DNA of 64,000 bases from Xylographa opegraphella (GCA_022813865.1 JALDZX010000021.1:186001-250000); one strand, 5' to 3'. Shown: positions 47,240-60,007, counted from the first letter of the stretch. Notes: generated from the sequence alone by a model not told the origin. Numbers and translations: made by a program.

Positions 47240-48103
47240 TCAATCTTCAGAGGTGCTAGGGTCTTTTCGCACTCCAAAGAAGTAGTTCCCCCAGTGCTCT
47301 CCTCCCGATACCATCCTCCATCCAAGCCCAGGCACGTAAATGCACCCCATGGCTCTGACGGCACCTTCTCCCGCCCAGCCATTCTGGCTTCGGAAGAATT
47401 GCCTCATTTCCATTTCATTCACGTACTTGCTCCATTCATGTGTGCCCCTTGGCACTAATCTGACCACCTCTTCCGCAACGAATTTCGTTGTAAGCCAGCT
47501 AGTCCACGTTCTTGCTATCGTGCTAAGCACTAACCACCCACCCGGCTTCACAAATGGTAGACATGACTGCAAGAAAGGAGCTGGTTGATTGATGTGCTCG
47601 ATAACCTCAAACAGGGAAAGCACATCAAACTGCTCGTCCACGGTTGGTGGTACTGGCAAGTCCTCAATGGACTTGTTCAGATATTGCAGCCGGCCAGACT
47701 GGTATAGCATTGGATCTTGCCGCGCGTGTCCCTGAGCAACCTTCAGGACCTCCGCGCTTGGGTCAATACCTGTCACACTCGCTGTGTTACCAAGCCGTGC
47801 GGCGCTCTCTGCGAATATGCCGCCTCCGCATCCGACATCTAGGTAGCGGAGCTTGTGCGACGGAGCTGAAGATTTTTGCGAATTCAGGCAGGACGTGATG
47901 AAATCGTGACGTAGCGGGTTCATAAGATGTAGAAGCCGCGAAGACCCGTGGGGGTCCCACCATGTTGATGCCAGGGCATTAAAGTGTGATACTTCGGTAG
48001 GGTTGACAGAGGAGGCGGAGGATGGTGCGCTTGAATACTCTCTTAAGGAAGTGGATCTTTGCAAGAGCAGAAGATTTCGGAGGCTGGTCCCACGAACTGC
48101 CAT
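47240..48103 (-). CDS. COQ3: Ubiquinone biosynthesis O-methyltransferase, mitochondrial
   Basis: Mitochondrial-type leader (MAVRGTSLRNLLLLQRST), SSVNPTEVSHFNALASTWWDPHGSSRLLHLMNPLRHDFI, YLDVGCGGGIFAES, FEVIEH, VKPGGWLVLSTIART and PRGTHEWSKY. An upstream alternative ATG lies at 48145. Confidence 0.95.
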   Translation of the reverse strand: MAVRGTSLRNLLLLQRSTSLREYSSAPSSASSVNPTEVSHFNALASTWWDPHGSSRLLHLMNPLRHDFITSCLNSQKSSAPSHKLRYLDVGCGGGIFAESAARLGNTASVTGIDPSAEVLKVAQGHARQDPMLYQSGRLQYLNKSIEDLPVPPTVDEQFDVLSLFEVIEHINQPAPFLQSCLPFVKPGGWLVLSTIARTWTSWLTTKFVAEEVVRLVPRGTHEWSKYVNEMEMRQFFRSQNGWAGEGAVRAMGCIYVPGLGWRMVSGGEHWGNYFFGVRKDPSTSED

Positions 48104-50190
48104 TATTATAAAGGTAACCGGCTGCTTGAAGTTCAAGCTTTGCATATCGAGAAAGGCATCATCCTGAGAGCCAAGTCCAGTATACGCATGAATTTTTTAT
48201 CGGTACTCTGTAGAATCGTCAGCTAGAGTGGATGGCGACAATGATGTTGCTGCCAATGGCGCGCGAATTATGAGAGAGCTGAAGGAGTGGGTGATCTGGC
48301 AAGGTAATGATACTGATCTGCATTATCCTACTGTAGGATCAACAGGGGCTAATGCAAGCCACAGCCGCCGCGATACAGAGCCTCCTTTCTGGCATTGGCA
48401 GTTGTCAACATCAAAGTGGAACAAGGAAAGATTTAAAGCTTCGGAGCCCGTGAAGCGGCATACGTGTTCTTAGCTAATACCAAATTGTCTTTAATTGCCA
48501 CAGTGGAAAGACTATATATATGAAAGGGAATCCCCTCAATATTAATGTTCGATCTGGATTTCTCAGACTTCGAATCGATCTTTTGACGTAGCAATCTATG
48601 AGAAGCAATCTCTCGCTGTACATATTCTGTTTATGTTATCGCACTTGCTCATACCTTCCCCCATTTGTTGTCAGCACTTGTCGTCCCCCCCATTTTGTCT
48701 AAATTTACATACCTCAAACCGACTCACAACTACCTATAGGTAGATGAGATCAATTACTGTACCCGTCGCCATGAATCGTCAAAGGAATTCTACTAAAACT
48801 CATGCTTAAGGCCAGAAGGCGATATGTGCTGGAATTCTCAAATGTACCTTCCACGTTTGGGTGGAAGCTTACCATACACACATGGCAAGTGTCGTAAAGG
48901 CCGGAGAACCATATGCTATACGAGCTCAAACCCCTAAGAGGCAGTTTGCCGGCTGAGTTGTGAATTCATCTGCTATTGCACACGATGATCGTTCCGCAAT
49001 GAAAGCAAGGTGCAATGAAGGTAAGTATACAAGTACTAAGCGGCAGGGAGGGTTTTCCTGCTTACACCTCCCGCCTTCCGCTCGGCACAGAATACAATAG
49101 GAAACTGCAGTGTGCTCAGTTTTTGGTTACGCAGCAAAGGCAATCAGCTCCGCCTTCGAAAGTCTCGCGCCTCTTGCCCGCCTCGAGAACACAGTAGTTG
49201 GAAATCATTGACCCTGATGGCTTACTACCGATATCTGTATCTTGATAGGCAGCTGATACTCCTCCAGGAGCGTGGAGATTACACAAAACTAGATCTCGAT
49301 CCGACCTGAGTCTGTTATCGCAGCCAAATTGGATCTACACACTTGCACCTCGCCGCCCAGCACACTGACTCAAAGGAAGCTCTCAAGCTATCTACACACC
49401 CACACAATTGCACCCAGGGATCTGTGGATATATTACTGCGGTCAATGACGAGAGTCGCCCCTTCTGAGGTTGGTAATGGTCTAGTGTGGAAGGTGTCTGT
49501 CTTGCAGCTCAAAGTTTCCTGTGTCCATACTATGGTTGCAAATGCTAGTTCTTCCTTCTTTTCGGCGGATGTGTCCAAGCGCGGAAGGTTCGGGTGAGGT
49601 TCTGCCAATCAAATCGTGCTCAGATCATGTATGGCTGAAGCCTACGTCTCAACAGGGCATTTCACTTCTGTCGTAAGACCCACTACCTCAAATTTACTGT
49701 TCGCGACAGGACGTCATTGCCTTATACGGACATTCTACCTTAGTATACCTGCTGGACAGCAATACGATTGCCAAATTTGAGGCTCATGCGATATTTTTGC
49801 AAGAGCGTACTTGCCTTTGCGTTTTGACTGCGAGTTCCTGGGCAACCTTATGATCGATTTTCCCACCATAAAACGCGGCATGATTCCTCCCTCTTTCATT
49901 CCTTCATTATCCTCAATCCCATCCTCAATAAATTTTCATCACAGCCTTCTATTCGGACTATGTGATTACCTTGACTGCATACCTCGAGTCTATCTTCAAA
50001 CAACGTAGACTTAACTCTATTCACTTCACCTTCTCTTGCCTTTCAGCAGAGAGTTGGATCTTTCAACTTCGCAGCGATTAGCACACGTCCAGACGTCGCG
50101 AAAGCAGCCTCGGTACTTGCCTCAAACAACCAGAACCCAAGCAAGGAACACCTCAACGCATCTGACCACTGCATTTGCTACCTTCTCAAA

Positions 50191-50508
50191 ATGGTAGCCA
50201 GCAAGGAGAGAAACCCTGCGTCTCCTCGACGAGCCCTCGAGGCATTCACGGTTCCTAATCCGGGGAACCCGGGAAGGCCGCGTCTTATGCTCCGCATAAG
50301 GCCACAGCTCGCGGTCCCAGAAGGCGAGGAATCAGCACCCTGTACGCAACAGTTGACAAAACTGCTCCCTTTCTGTTTGAGCAGCTCACTGACATGCACC
50401 GCAGCGGCCGATGAAGCGGTGGTTATGGTGGAGAGTGCAGGGCCAACGCCGCCTCGGACGCCGGGCAAGTCAAAGCGGACGAAGATTACGCTGTGCTTCA
50501 AGCGGTGA
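50191..50508 (+). CDS. Small basic orphan protein (about 84 aa after splicing)
   Basis: ATG in AAAATGG context and a canonical 63-nt intron 50342-50404 (GTACGC..CTGAC..GCAG). Product MVASKERNPASPRR...RPRLMLRIRPQ...ESAP|SADE...KSKRTKITLCFKR*. Confidence 0.5.
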   Translation: MVASKERNPASPRRALEAFTVPNPGNPGRPRLMLRIRPQLAVPEGEESAPCTQQLTKLLPFCLSSSLTCTAAADEAVVMVESAGPTPPRTPGKSKRTKITLCFKR

Positions 50509-51342
50509 GAAGGACTGGCGCTTCTGGTCCTCGGAATCTGTGGACAAGACTGAGTAGGTGAGACAGCGCATTACTGAGATAATTAGAGAGCTAAATTGGT
50601 TAGGAGTGTATGGAGATGGGCTGAGTATAGGTAAGCGGATCCTTGGGTATGGGGTCACTCAAAGGGGAGTTTTCGAATTTTAAAGATTTGGGGATTTGGG
50701 AGTCTGGGAATCCGGGATATGGGCTGTTCTGAGTCCTGTTTATTAGGAATATCTGCGTGGCGTTAGCGCTCAAGACGTAGTCGCTGTGGGCGTGTGGTTG
50801 GTCTCTGGGCCTCTGCAGAAGAAATGGGAGGAGGACGACATGATTTGGAAATTTGAGCACTCTGTCATGATATATATAACTGTAATCATTTGACAGTTAT
50901 CCGAGCACTTCCTCCGGATCCATGGACGATTCACTTTGCTAGGTGTGAAAATGCCCATCATATTGTGGAGGTCGTGTTCTAGAACAACCTCGGAATTGAC
51001 AGGGGTGCTCGCGCCGCCGTCATACCGAGGGAGTCATGACTTTTTATGAAAGTGTCAGCAAGCCGTAATCATTGACAAGCACATCTTCCTTGGGCGTTCC
51101 TATTCATTTGATTTTCTCTCACTTGAAATTGTCTTCTCACATAGACTCCATATTCTCGCTGCTTCAGAAATACACCCTGGAAGTCCAACGAATAGTGACA
51201 ATATCCACATTCCAAGAAATTCCAGCACTCTATGGAATACTGACGATCTATATATTACTATAAGAGCAGTTATACCACTATTTTCTAGAAGTACAGCTTG
51301 TGAGAACCATTGAGACATATTTGCCAAGGTCATTGTTGTGCA

Positions 51343-52221
51343 ATGCCGGCTAGAGAGTCCGCTGCGTCGCAGTTTGACTCAATAGAAGATACAATCCAAG
51401 CTTTTAGTACGCCTCCAAATTCTTCGAGCGACAGTTTGCGAACTCTGCTCAGACCCGGGAGTGCATTTACTCTATTACAGTTTCTACAAGCATATCGTGG
51501 TTACTGACATATGCTGATAATGGGCCTCTGACAGGAGAAGGCAACTTCATTATCGTACTAGACTCGCAGGATCGGGAGAATGAAGGTGACCTTATTATCG
51601 CCGCTGAGGCGATCACGACAGAAAAGATGGCCTTTATGATCCGGTATACGAGGTTGATATGACAGCGATCCTACTGTTCCGCATAGGCTAAGCAGTATCA
51701 GCGGTCTTATCTGTACACCCATGCCAACCTCTCTCACTGAACGTCTGGACCTCCCACAAATGGTCATTGACAATACTGAATCCCACCGGACCGCCTACAC
51801 GGTGTCGATAGACGCATCCCACTCTTCCGTCACAACGGGAATATCCGCCCACGACAGAGCCCTGACATGCCGTACTCTTGCTTCTCCCGTCTCACAGCCG
51901 TCCTCGTTCCGACGTCCAGGGCATGTCTTCCCTCTGCGTGCTAGGGATGGAGGGGTAAAAGTGCGGACTGGGCATACCGAGGCGGCAGTGGACTTCTGCC
52001 AATTGGCGGGGATGCAGCCGGTAGGTGTAATATGTGAGATGGTGGAAGATGGTGAAGAGGTCGAGGGATTAACCGAAAGAAGAGGCGGCGGGATGATGAG
52101 GAGGGACGGGTGCTTGAAATTCGGAAGAAGATGGGGCTTGAAGGTGTGTACAATAGAAGATCTAGCCGAGTACATTGAGTACAAGGAGAAAGGTATGAAC
52201 GGAGTCAACGGCACGCACTAG
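51343..52221 (+). CDS. RIB3: 3,4-dihydroxy-2-butanone-4-phosphate synthase (riboflavin biosynthesis)
   Basis: [32 protein letters not shown]...AFMIRYT|SGLICTP...TAYTVSIDA...[12 protein letters not shown]...[11 protein letters not shown]...[10 protein letters not shown]. Confidence 0.96.
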
Positions 52222-52859
52222 AACGGTTGCAATCGAACTCTCGAGTAGAGGGCGTTTCTTGACCAATAGATCATACCCTTGGGTTGCTAACCAGTAGCAC
52301 CTGAATCCGCAAGGATCATAGAATATTTCAGTCCACAGATCTATTCGATCATCAAATCAACGACTTCGTTGGTCAAAATACCTACTACATCGATTATCTA
52401 GTGTTCTAAGCGTTTTGCGTGCCTCTCTACTTCACCACTTGTTACTTCCTTTGTTCATGCTCTCTATGTTCCAAATCCCTCGGCACCATGATAATATACG
52501 GTGGAACTTCCTGTCACTTGTGTTACGTTTCCACATTTCTCGGTCACACCTATGTATTGTTATTCACGAAGGGAATTCACAGAAACGATCGATACCGCCG
52601 ATGATCATCGCACGGTCTTTGAAAGCCACTTGTTCCGCAGCAGTTCTCTCTTTTCCTTGCTCTATATTTCCAGTCAATCCAACGATCTTTCCACGAAATC
52701 TCCCAAAATCAATACAAATCCATGATTCACCTATTGACATACTCCAAATAGCAAGGACATTCATCATTCTGGTCTGTGTTCTAACGTACCACTTCATCGC
52801 CAGACGGCACCCACCAAAATAGATTGTCTTCCAAACATCTCTTCAGCTTAGCATACACA

Positions 52860-53183
52860 ATGTGCAAGTACAAGGTGCTTTATAAGCAGTGCGGCAAGCG
52901 ACATGGAGAACTCTTCATGACAAGGTGTGACGCCAAATGCGCCAACACGAAAAAAATTTGCACAATCAAAGACTTCATTCCTGGAGAACTCCGTGGGTAC
53001 TGCGATAGTGCTGTTGAATACGATGATTGCAAAAGAAAAGAACAAATGGAGAATGAACTTGTGGCGGCAGAGAAACTGGTTGCGGAGGAGAGAGAGAAGA
53101 GGAAGGACTACAGAAGCCCCGGCTTTCTGGAAATCAAACATCAGTATGAGTTACGACAAAACCTTACGAATCATGGAGGATAA
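52860..53183 (+). CDS. Small Cys-rich intracellular protein (MC-x8-CG type, possible Zn binding) with a charged helical tail
   Basis: ACAATG start; MCKYKVLYKQCGKRHG...RCDAKC...IC...GYC...DDCKRKEQMENELVAAEKLVAEERE; seven Cys. Confidence 0.55.
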   Translation: MCKYKVLYKQCGKRHGELFMTRCDAKCANTKKICTIKDFIPGELRGYCDSAVEYDDCKRKEQMENELVAAEKLVAEEREKRKDYRSPGFLEIKHQYELRQNLTNHGG

Positions 53184-53745
53184 GCCATGTAAAAGCAGGA
53201 TTTAATAGGCCACATCTTCGAAATCAAAATGTCAGTGCAAGGCCCGGTACTACCTCTGGAAATTTCATGAATGCGGGATTGGCGGCCATGTTTGCTCCTC
53301 GAGCTGGATATCATTAATCTCATTCTGATTATCCTGCCTTGAATTAACGATTATTGGAATAGTAGTGCATGTCTCCCAGAGTGCTTTGCCGTCAAGCCCT
53401 TGAATCATATACTTCACTTCGCTCTCACATGAGTTGACTCACGGTAGTTCATACTATGTCTTTCGTTTCTACCTACTCATCCATGGACTCTGTATTCATA
53501 GCGCTTCATTCAACAGGTGGGAGCCACTCCCTTCAATCTACCATAACAAGATCTTACTTTCGACTTCTCCTCAGTCGCCCCTTCATCTCCTTCGCCATCA
53601 ATCGACTCCCCTTGTTCCACCATCTGCCTACACACCGTCGATTCCGGCACAGACAAGCTCAGTGAGATCCACAAGAACAACAACGACTTCCATTCTCTCC
53701 TGTACGCAGAACAAAGAAACCTCGCCTTCTGCCACTGTTGTGTTA

Positions 53746-54154
53746 ATGAAGCTCCCACTCAAAGGTATCAAACCACATCTATGGCACCTCGTCACCGCGA
53801 ATCCACCGATCTTCTGACACTCATCCAGCAATGCTTACCACATTAGCTACCGGATCTCATCTCGCTGTTGCCACCCTGGTCGAAAATACCGCCACCAGCA
53901 ACGGAGCCTCCCCGACCACTGCACCAGGCGGTAGTCCTGGGACTGCCGAGTGGGCCCTCCTTTGCGGTAGCTCGTCGACTGAAGAACACTGTAGCAGTGT
54001 GCCGTACTGCTATCGTTGTGATGGCGGCACGGTCGGTCATGATCGGTATTCTTTTACCTGCTGGTATAGCTGCGTTTGTGGGCAAATCTCGGTGCTTGAC
54101 GTCGCTCTCGCGGTTCCGATTGATATAACTGCTGCTCTGAATTATGGCTATTAG
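53746..54154 (+). CDS. Small secreted-type Cys-rich protein
   Basis: ATG at 53746 (MKLPLK), intron 53765-53828 (GTATCA..CTGAC..CAG), weak signal AMLTTLATGSHLAVA. An S/T/G linker precedes the domain LCGSSSTEEHCSSVPYCYRCDGG...TCWYSCVC. Confidence 0.55.
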
Positions 54155-54716
54155 GGTTCGTCGTGTTGGATACATGATTGGCGGCAACGGTCTACGGCTA
54201 CTGGTCCTAGTCGTGTTGAGAACATGGCTGACGGCAATATGGCCTCTTCAATTACTAGGTCTGGTGGTGGGCCTGTGTGGAGACCGGGGGGGTTGTGGAC
54301 GGGCGGAAGAGGTGGGGGAAGGGGGGGAATTTTGCTGTGGGTTAGGGGAGGGATGAGGTGGAGTGTAGGGGTGGTAGTGGGATTTGGGAGGGAGGTGATG
54401 GTGGAAAGGAGATGACTGGGGCAAGGAGAGTGAAGTCTGTACGGCTGCCAAATGATGGTTTATTTGATATCCCTTTCCACTAGTTTGGCGTGTACCAGAC
54501 ATGCTTCTTGGTTGGTTTTCATCGGCTATTTCCCAGTCACATCTGTTCAAGAATTATCAGCAGGCAAATACACAATATGACAAATAGGTTAGAGCAATAT
54601 CAAAATAATAAGTTGATACAAATAATGACTACAAGCATACTCCCAGTCCCCTACCCAAACGACAACTCCAACGCTAAATCAATCCGTAAGCATTTCGTGC
54701 CTGCCATCCCCTCCCC

Positions 54717-57134
54717 TCAAACCTCTTTCTTACCCTCATCACTACCCGGCGTCACAGCACCCGAGTCCGCAAACTCCCAACCGCCCTCTACGCTTCGCCT
54801 CCGCGACCGTTCTTTGCCCCTCTCTTGCATTGCGCCCCGGATCTTTTGGCTCACCTCGTCAAGACTTTCCTTCGAGGTGATCGCGCTGAATCCTTTGAAA
54901 CCGGCGGCCGCGCCGCTCTGGGAATTGCTGCGGCTTCTGCTCCTGCTAGGCGGACGTGTTGCGAAAAGGCCGAAGTTGGCAAGATTGCCGAATGATTCAT
55001 TGCGCGGTAAATGACCATGAGCGGATGAACCGCCTCCTATGCTCGCGCCGGCAGTTTGATTCCGCCTGGATGGGAAGGGATAGACTCCGTCCAAATATGA
55101 TTTTGAATGCGTAGAGGGAGATTTTGGCGTACGCGGCGATTCGGGTTCGAGAATGTGTCCGTCACGGAAGGGGTCTGCGACGATACGGACATGGTCAAAG
55201 TCCGGGAACATTTCAGGCCCAAGAGTATTTATTACATCAGTGACCTCTGCCGAAAGCTGTGTGCGCTTCTCGCGTAATTTGATTAGAGTGTTTGCCGATG
55301 TCGGATTCAGAGAGAGAACCAGAGGCTTCAGAGATTTTAGGATATCCATCCCAACTTCACCAATTCGGAGCGCGGCGAAGGTGATGGCTGGAAATAACAC
55401 GAACCCAAAAAGCACAACCATCCATAGAGAAACCCAATCTGGAACATAACCTTGAATACGATTGCGGTAAGTCCAATATGTTAGCAAGGTTGTGTAGAAT
55501 GCATAAAGTGTAGGAGCGAGTGCCATAGCCACAAGGAGTTTCCAGGTCGCCAGAACATCTCTACCCTGCAATTTGACCGTCGATGCAGCAAGGGCTTCCC
55601 GGGATTTCCTTATGGAGATAATTTTCGACGCAATGAAGACAGGCGCAAATAAGATGAGACCCGGAAGTGTCCCGATACTTAAGACAGCAAGTTTACCAAC
55701 CCTGTATATGAGGGTGAAAACTACCTTTGGGACAGAAAACTTCGCATATTCGACTTGGTGGTCGCGCACACCAAGAAGCCAGAGTTGTTTGTTGTATTCA
55801 TTCACAGATTTCTTCAAGTTTATGATTCGCGGATCATCCTTGTATCGAGTGTAACCAGCAACCAAGCGGCGATTTAGTTCTACAACCATTGGTAAAGGAA
55901 GTTTCTTCCCAGTTGGATTGTACAGTCGCCGTACGGCTTGAATAAGCTTAGGACATTTTAGCTTCGACACTGCAGACTCAATCTGCAACAGACTCACCAT
56001 CAATGTGTCATAATCGGGACTGGTCACAGTCACAGCAACCAACGAGTTATAGACCATCTCGAGTAGCTGACGAGTAGCTTCCCTCCTCTCGCCGTTCCTG
56101 TACATGTCGACCAGTTCTCTTGGGACTTCGAGTGGTGGACCAAATTCGATGACTGCACGAGATCGGAACTTATGTGCATGAAAATAGTTCATACCACACG
56201 GAATGATTTTTAGCCCAGAATCAGGGTTTGCTGCCAGAGAGCCAAGAGCCATGATAGCGACACCAGCTACAGAACTATCAGCCTATGAACAAGCCGGTGG
56301 AAGGTTACAGCATACCCTTCAGGGGTAGGAGCTCAGTCCGATCGTGGCTTCCACCCTCGGGGAAGATGCATACACATCCTCCATGATCAAGTCTGTCGAA
56401 TACAGCATCATAGACCTTGGTTTGGTCAACGTGAGGGGCTGTCTTGTAAGGAGACCCCTCAAACCCAGTGGAAACTTCTGACTGACTTTCGTCAGGAAGC
56501 TTTCCTTCGTCATTGCTATCTGTCCTTCCGGTCAACTGGCTGAGAGCGTCTGGTCCTTTGAACTCCTTCTTCAAACGTATCTCCTCTGGTCCGACGATTT
56601 CCTTTATCTCTGCACTCGCGGCACCGCTGCCTTTGACAGTTGGTAATACCAACAGACCTCCGACCTGAGCTTCCTGGTCGAACTTTGTATTAACACCACG
56701 GACCAACGTCGGGTCATTCTGTGGATCTGGGAGATAAATCCTCCCGGAGGCCTTTTTTGCGTCATCAAGAGCCCGTGCCACTGGTATACATCCCACCGCT
56801 CGAGCACAGGCGCCAATAAATTTTCTTTTCATAGACTTTGCGGCTGTGAGAATTGAAAATCGACGATGGGCTTCAGTTCGAACGACACGCATGAGGATGA
56901 GAGGGTCAACAAACTGCTCGCAATGTCAGCCTTTGCCTCCAACATGATTCATGTTGCATTTACCTGGTTCGCATGAGGTGCAGCGACGAACATCACCGGG
57001 CCCCGTCTCGGTATTCTCCACGACCCGCGTGGATGGACTTCCCGGAAGAAGAGATCGACGAGGATGGACATTGTCCAGAGCACGAGGTCGTAAACCCATG
57101 GTGTCATCGGCGCGAGCTCCTTGATTCGTGCCAT
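54717..57134 (-). CDS. SCT1: Glycerol-3-phosphate/DHAP sn-1 acyltransferase (Sct1/Gpt2 family)
   Basis: DLFFREVHPRGSWRIP..GPVMFVAAPHANQ|FVDP, CIFPEGGSHDRTELLPLK|AGVAIMALG, IPCGMNYFHAHKFRSRAVIEFG and STVKLQGRDVLATWK. Three introns. Confidence 0.93.
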
Positions 57135-57781
57135 ACTTTGCACTTCTGCTATTGACTTTGGGTGAGGAGGATTATCTCAGTTCCTAAAATAATAGATATA
57201 TTATATTGAGCAACCTGTTTTATACTCCGGAACGCTAACAAGATTCCAAGATGCTAGAAAATACCAGTCCCCAATGTCTGTTTTAGCAAGCCACCGGCAG
57301 CGAAGGCGGGGCAAGGGTTGGATGCTTCATTAAGCACTCTGTAGAGACCGTAACCGAATTGCAACCCTTATAGGAAGAGGTAGAGCTGCTAGGGTATAAG
57401 GATGGCGAAGCTGTGGTGTAGACTACCTCTGGCGGAGTCCTTCGCTTGGGGCCAGCGGGGTGACTTCTATTCTCGGAAAGAATGTTGACAGCGGCCCCTG
57501 GGGTACGGCTACGGGGGGCAAGAATAATACCCCGGCCCCGCAGCCTCAACGGGTCCAAGCTCTACGCCTCCAACATGTTCGCGCAACACTTGCATTGTTA
57601 TTGGTAAGAGCGCTTAATCTTTTCAAATCCTCTCAAATCTTATCTCCCTAATCACACAGATGCTATCGTACACACTTCCTCCTGTACGCAAGAAAGCTTG
57701 CAGCACACAGATCAACAACGCGTTGGATCGGTGTGGTGTCGAACAGCGATATGCGAACGACTTCTAGAATGAGAGAGGAAT

Positions 57782-59416
57782 ATGCTCGTGGATAAGCGCC
57801 ATATCAACCACCGACCGAGCGCAGAACACCTTCTGTCGCAAGAGCCGCCGGGTATCGAGATGACCAGCTCAGAAATTGACCGTTCGCTGGAGCAAGGCGC
57901 ATCCGCCAGTAGTGCTCAGACTCTGGATCATGAGCCATCTGCCAGCAAGAATCAATCGAGGGTACAGGAACAGTATACAGACCATGAAGCCAGTCGAGGG
58001 CTTCATAGGCTCGACTCCCAAGGGGCAGCACTGGGTGGCGAGATAGCTCACGAGCAGCCGATATACAAAGTGTATAAAAGGAGGTGGTTCGGACTTATAC
58101 AGCTGGTGCTCCTCAACATCGTTGTGAGCTGGGACTGGCTCACTTATGCTCCCGTCACCAACTCCACGGCTACATTTTTCAATACGGACCCTACCATCAT
58201 CAACTGGCTCAGCACCGCCTTTCTCTTCGCCTACGTCTTCGCTTCCCCCTTCACTCTTTATACCCTTCATCATTCTGGTCCACGACTATCAATCATCACG
58301 GCCTCGATCCTGATCCTCATCGGTAACTGGCTCCGCTACGCCGCAATGCGGATTCATCCGGCCTCCTTCCCTCTAGCTATGGTTGCACAGATCATCATTG
58401 GCCTAGCCCAGCCTTTTGTCTTGTCTGCTCCAACCCGCTACTCCGACCTTTGGTTCTCGCCCCGCGGCCGTGTCTCTGCAACTGCGGTGGCCAGTCTGGC
58501 CAACCCCTTCGGCGGCGCCTTGGGGCAGCTGATAGATCCCTTCCTCGTCAACGTGCCGTCTGACATCCCAAACCTGACGCTCTATGTTGCCATAATATCC
58601 TCCGTTGCGACTATCCCCAGCTTCTTCATTCCGGCCGGGCCTCCCACGCCCGTGTCTCCATCCTCAACCCACGTCCAACCTCCGATCATGAAGCAAGTTT
58701 CACTCCTCACCCGGTCCGTCAATTTCTGGCTTCTGTTCCTCCCTTTTTCGGTTTACGTTGGATTCTTCAACTCGCTCTCCTCCCTGCTCGTGCAGTTCCT
58801 CACGCCCTACAACTTCTCCGAAACGGATAGCGGAATCGCGGGCGCTTTGCTCATCGTAGTCGGCCTGGTAGCAGCCGCAATCACCTCGCCCATCATCGAT
58901 CGCTCGAAACGGTACCTCTTGCTGATCAAATTGCTCGTGCCCATCATCGCGCTCAGCTACCTCGCCTTCATCTGGGCCCCTCCGTCGTACAGCATCGTGG
59001 CACCATACCTCATCTGCTCCATCCTCGGCGCCGCATCTTTCAGCCTAGTCCCCGTTGCCTTAGAATGGCTGGTGGAGGTCAACTGGCCCGTCGGCCCCGA
59101 AGTCGGCAGCGTGATCTGCTGGGCAGGCGGTCAAGCGCTAGGTTAGTGGAAAAGCCGCGTTAACGCACCAGCATAACTGATTTTGAGCATAGGAGGCATA
59201 TTCATCGTTATTTCCGACGCGTTAGGAGAGGGCTCCACCGGCGGCCCCCCATACAACATGCACAAAGCCCTCATTTTCCAGGCAGTGATCGCGATTTCTG
59301 TCGTGCCGTGTGCGCTCGCCATAGGCTGGGTGGGAGGCGGTGTTCGGAATCGGAGGCTGGAGTTCGACAAGGGCACTGGGGATAGAAGCGGTGGCACTGA
59401 GGTGGGTGGAATGTGA
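57782..59416 (+). CDS. MFS transporter (FLVCR/SLC49-like)
   Basis: YKVYKRRWFGLIQLVLLNIVVSWDWLT, IINWLS, QIIIGLAQPFVLSAPTRYSDLWFSPRGRVSAT..SLANPFGGALGQL; about 12 TM segments; intron about 59142-59192. The start may instead be ATG 57860. Confidence 0.9.
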
Positions 59417-60007
59417 TAACGGTTGCTTATGTTTAGTGTACAGTAGTCTATGTCTGATGAGGCTTCTCGCTACCTTACGATCCTGGGGTATATTACGCGG
59501 CACCAGGCAGGATTTGCGGTCAAATGTATGAAGTCTGCTGCGACATGGGTACAGCGCGCGGATAGTGTAATAGAATCTCCTTTCCAGCTACTTAGTCCAG
59601 GAGAAAACCCTGTGCTACCATGTTTCTGCTTGTGGGGTTGTCGTGTAGAAGGATCCGTCAAACGAGAGGAGCTTCATACATATCAAAGATATCGACGAGG
59701 AATGACTCGACATGCTACACACACTATCTCGTCTCTTATCAAGAGCCAACCATCGTCTAAAGAAGTCCCACTCTATCGAGCCGCAGCGACATACATAATG
59801 AGTGATAGCTGACAGCCACTGCCTACCAAATATACCTAGGTCCGACTCCCGTGCAAAACGCTGGTCCACGACACCGAGATCCATTACATTACCATATCCC
59901 CACGATAAATGATCTTCCCCACCTCTGAAGCACAACGGCTGTAACTTCCAGCACCATATCCGAGAGCCCACCACTCTTCATCGCAAGCCGTCAAGCAAGG
60001 CGATGTA

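Noticed and set aside
48150..50150. 2-kb gene-poor region upstream of COQ3, considered as a possible transposon relic
   Set aside because: I saw no terminal repeats, transposase or reverse-transcriptase motifs, or strongly AT-rich RIP-like signature.
51416..51463. AAATTC..CGACAGT..GGGAG in RIB3 intron 1 faintly resembles the 3' half of a bacterial FMN riboswitch
   Set aside because: The conserved 5' half and the required stems are missing and the spacing is wrong, so a chance match is most likely.
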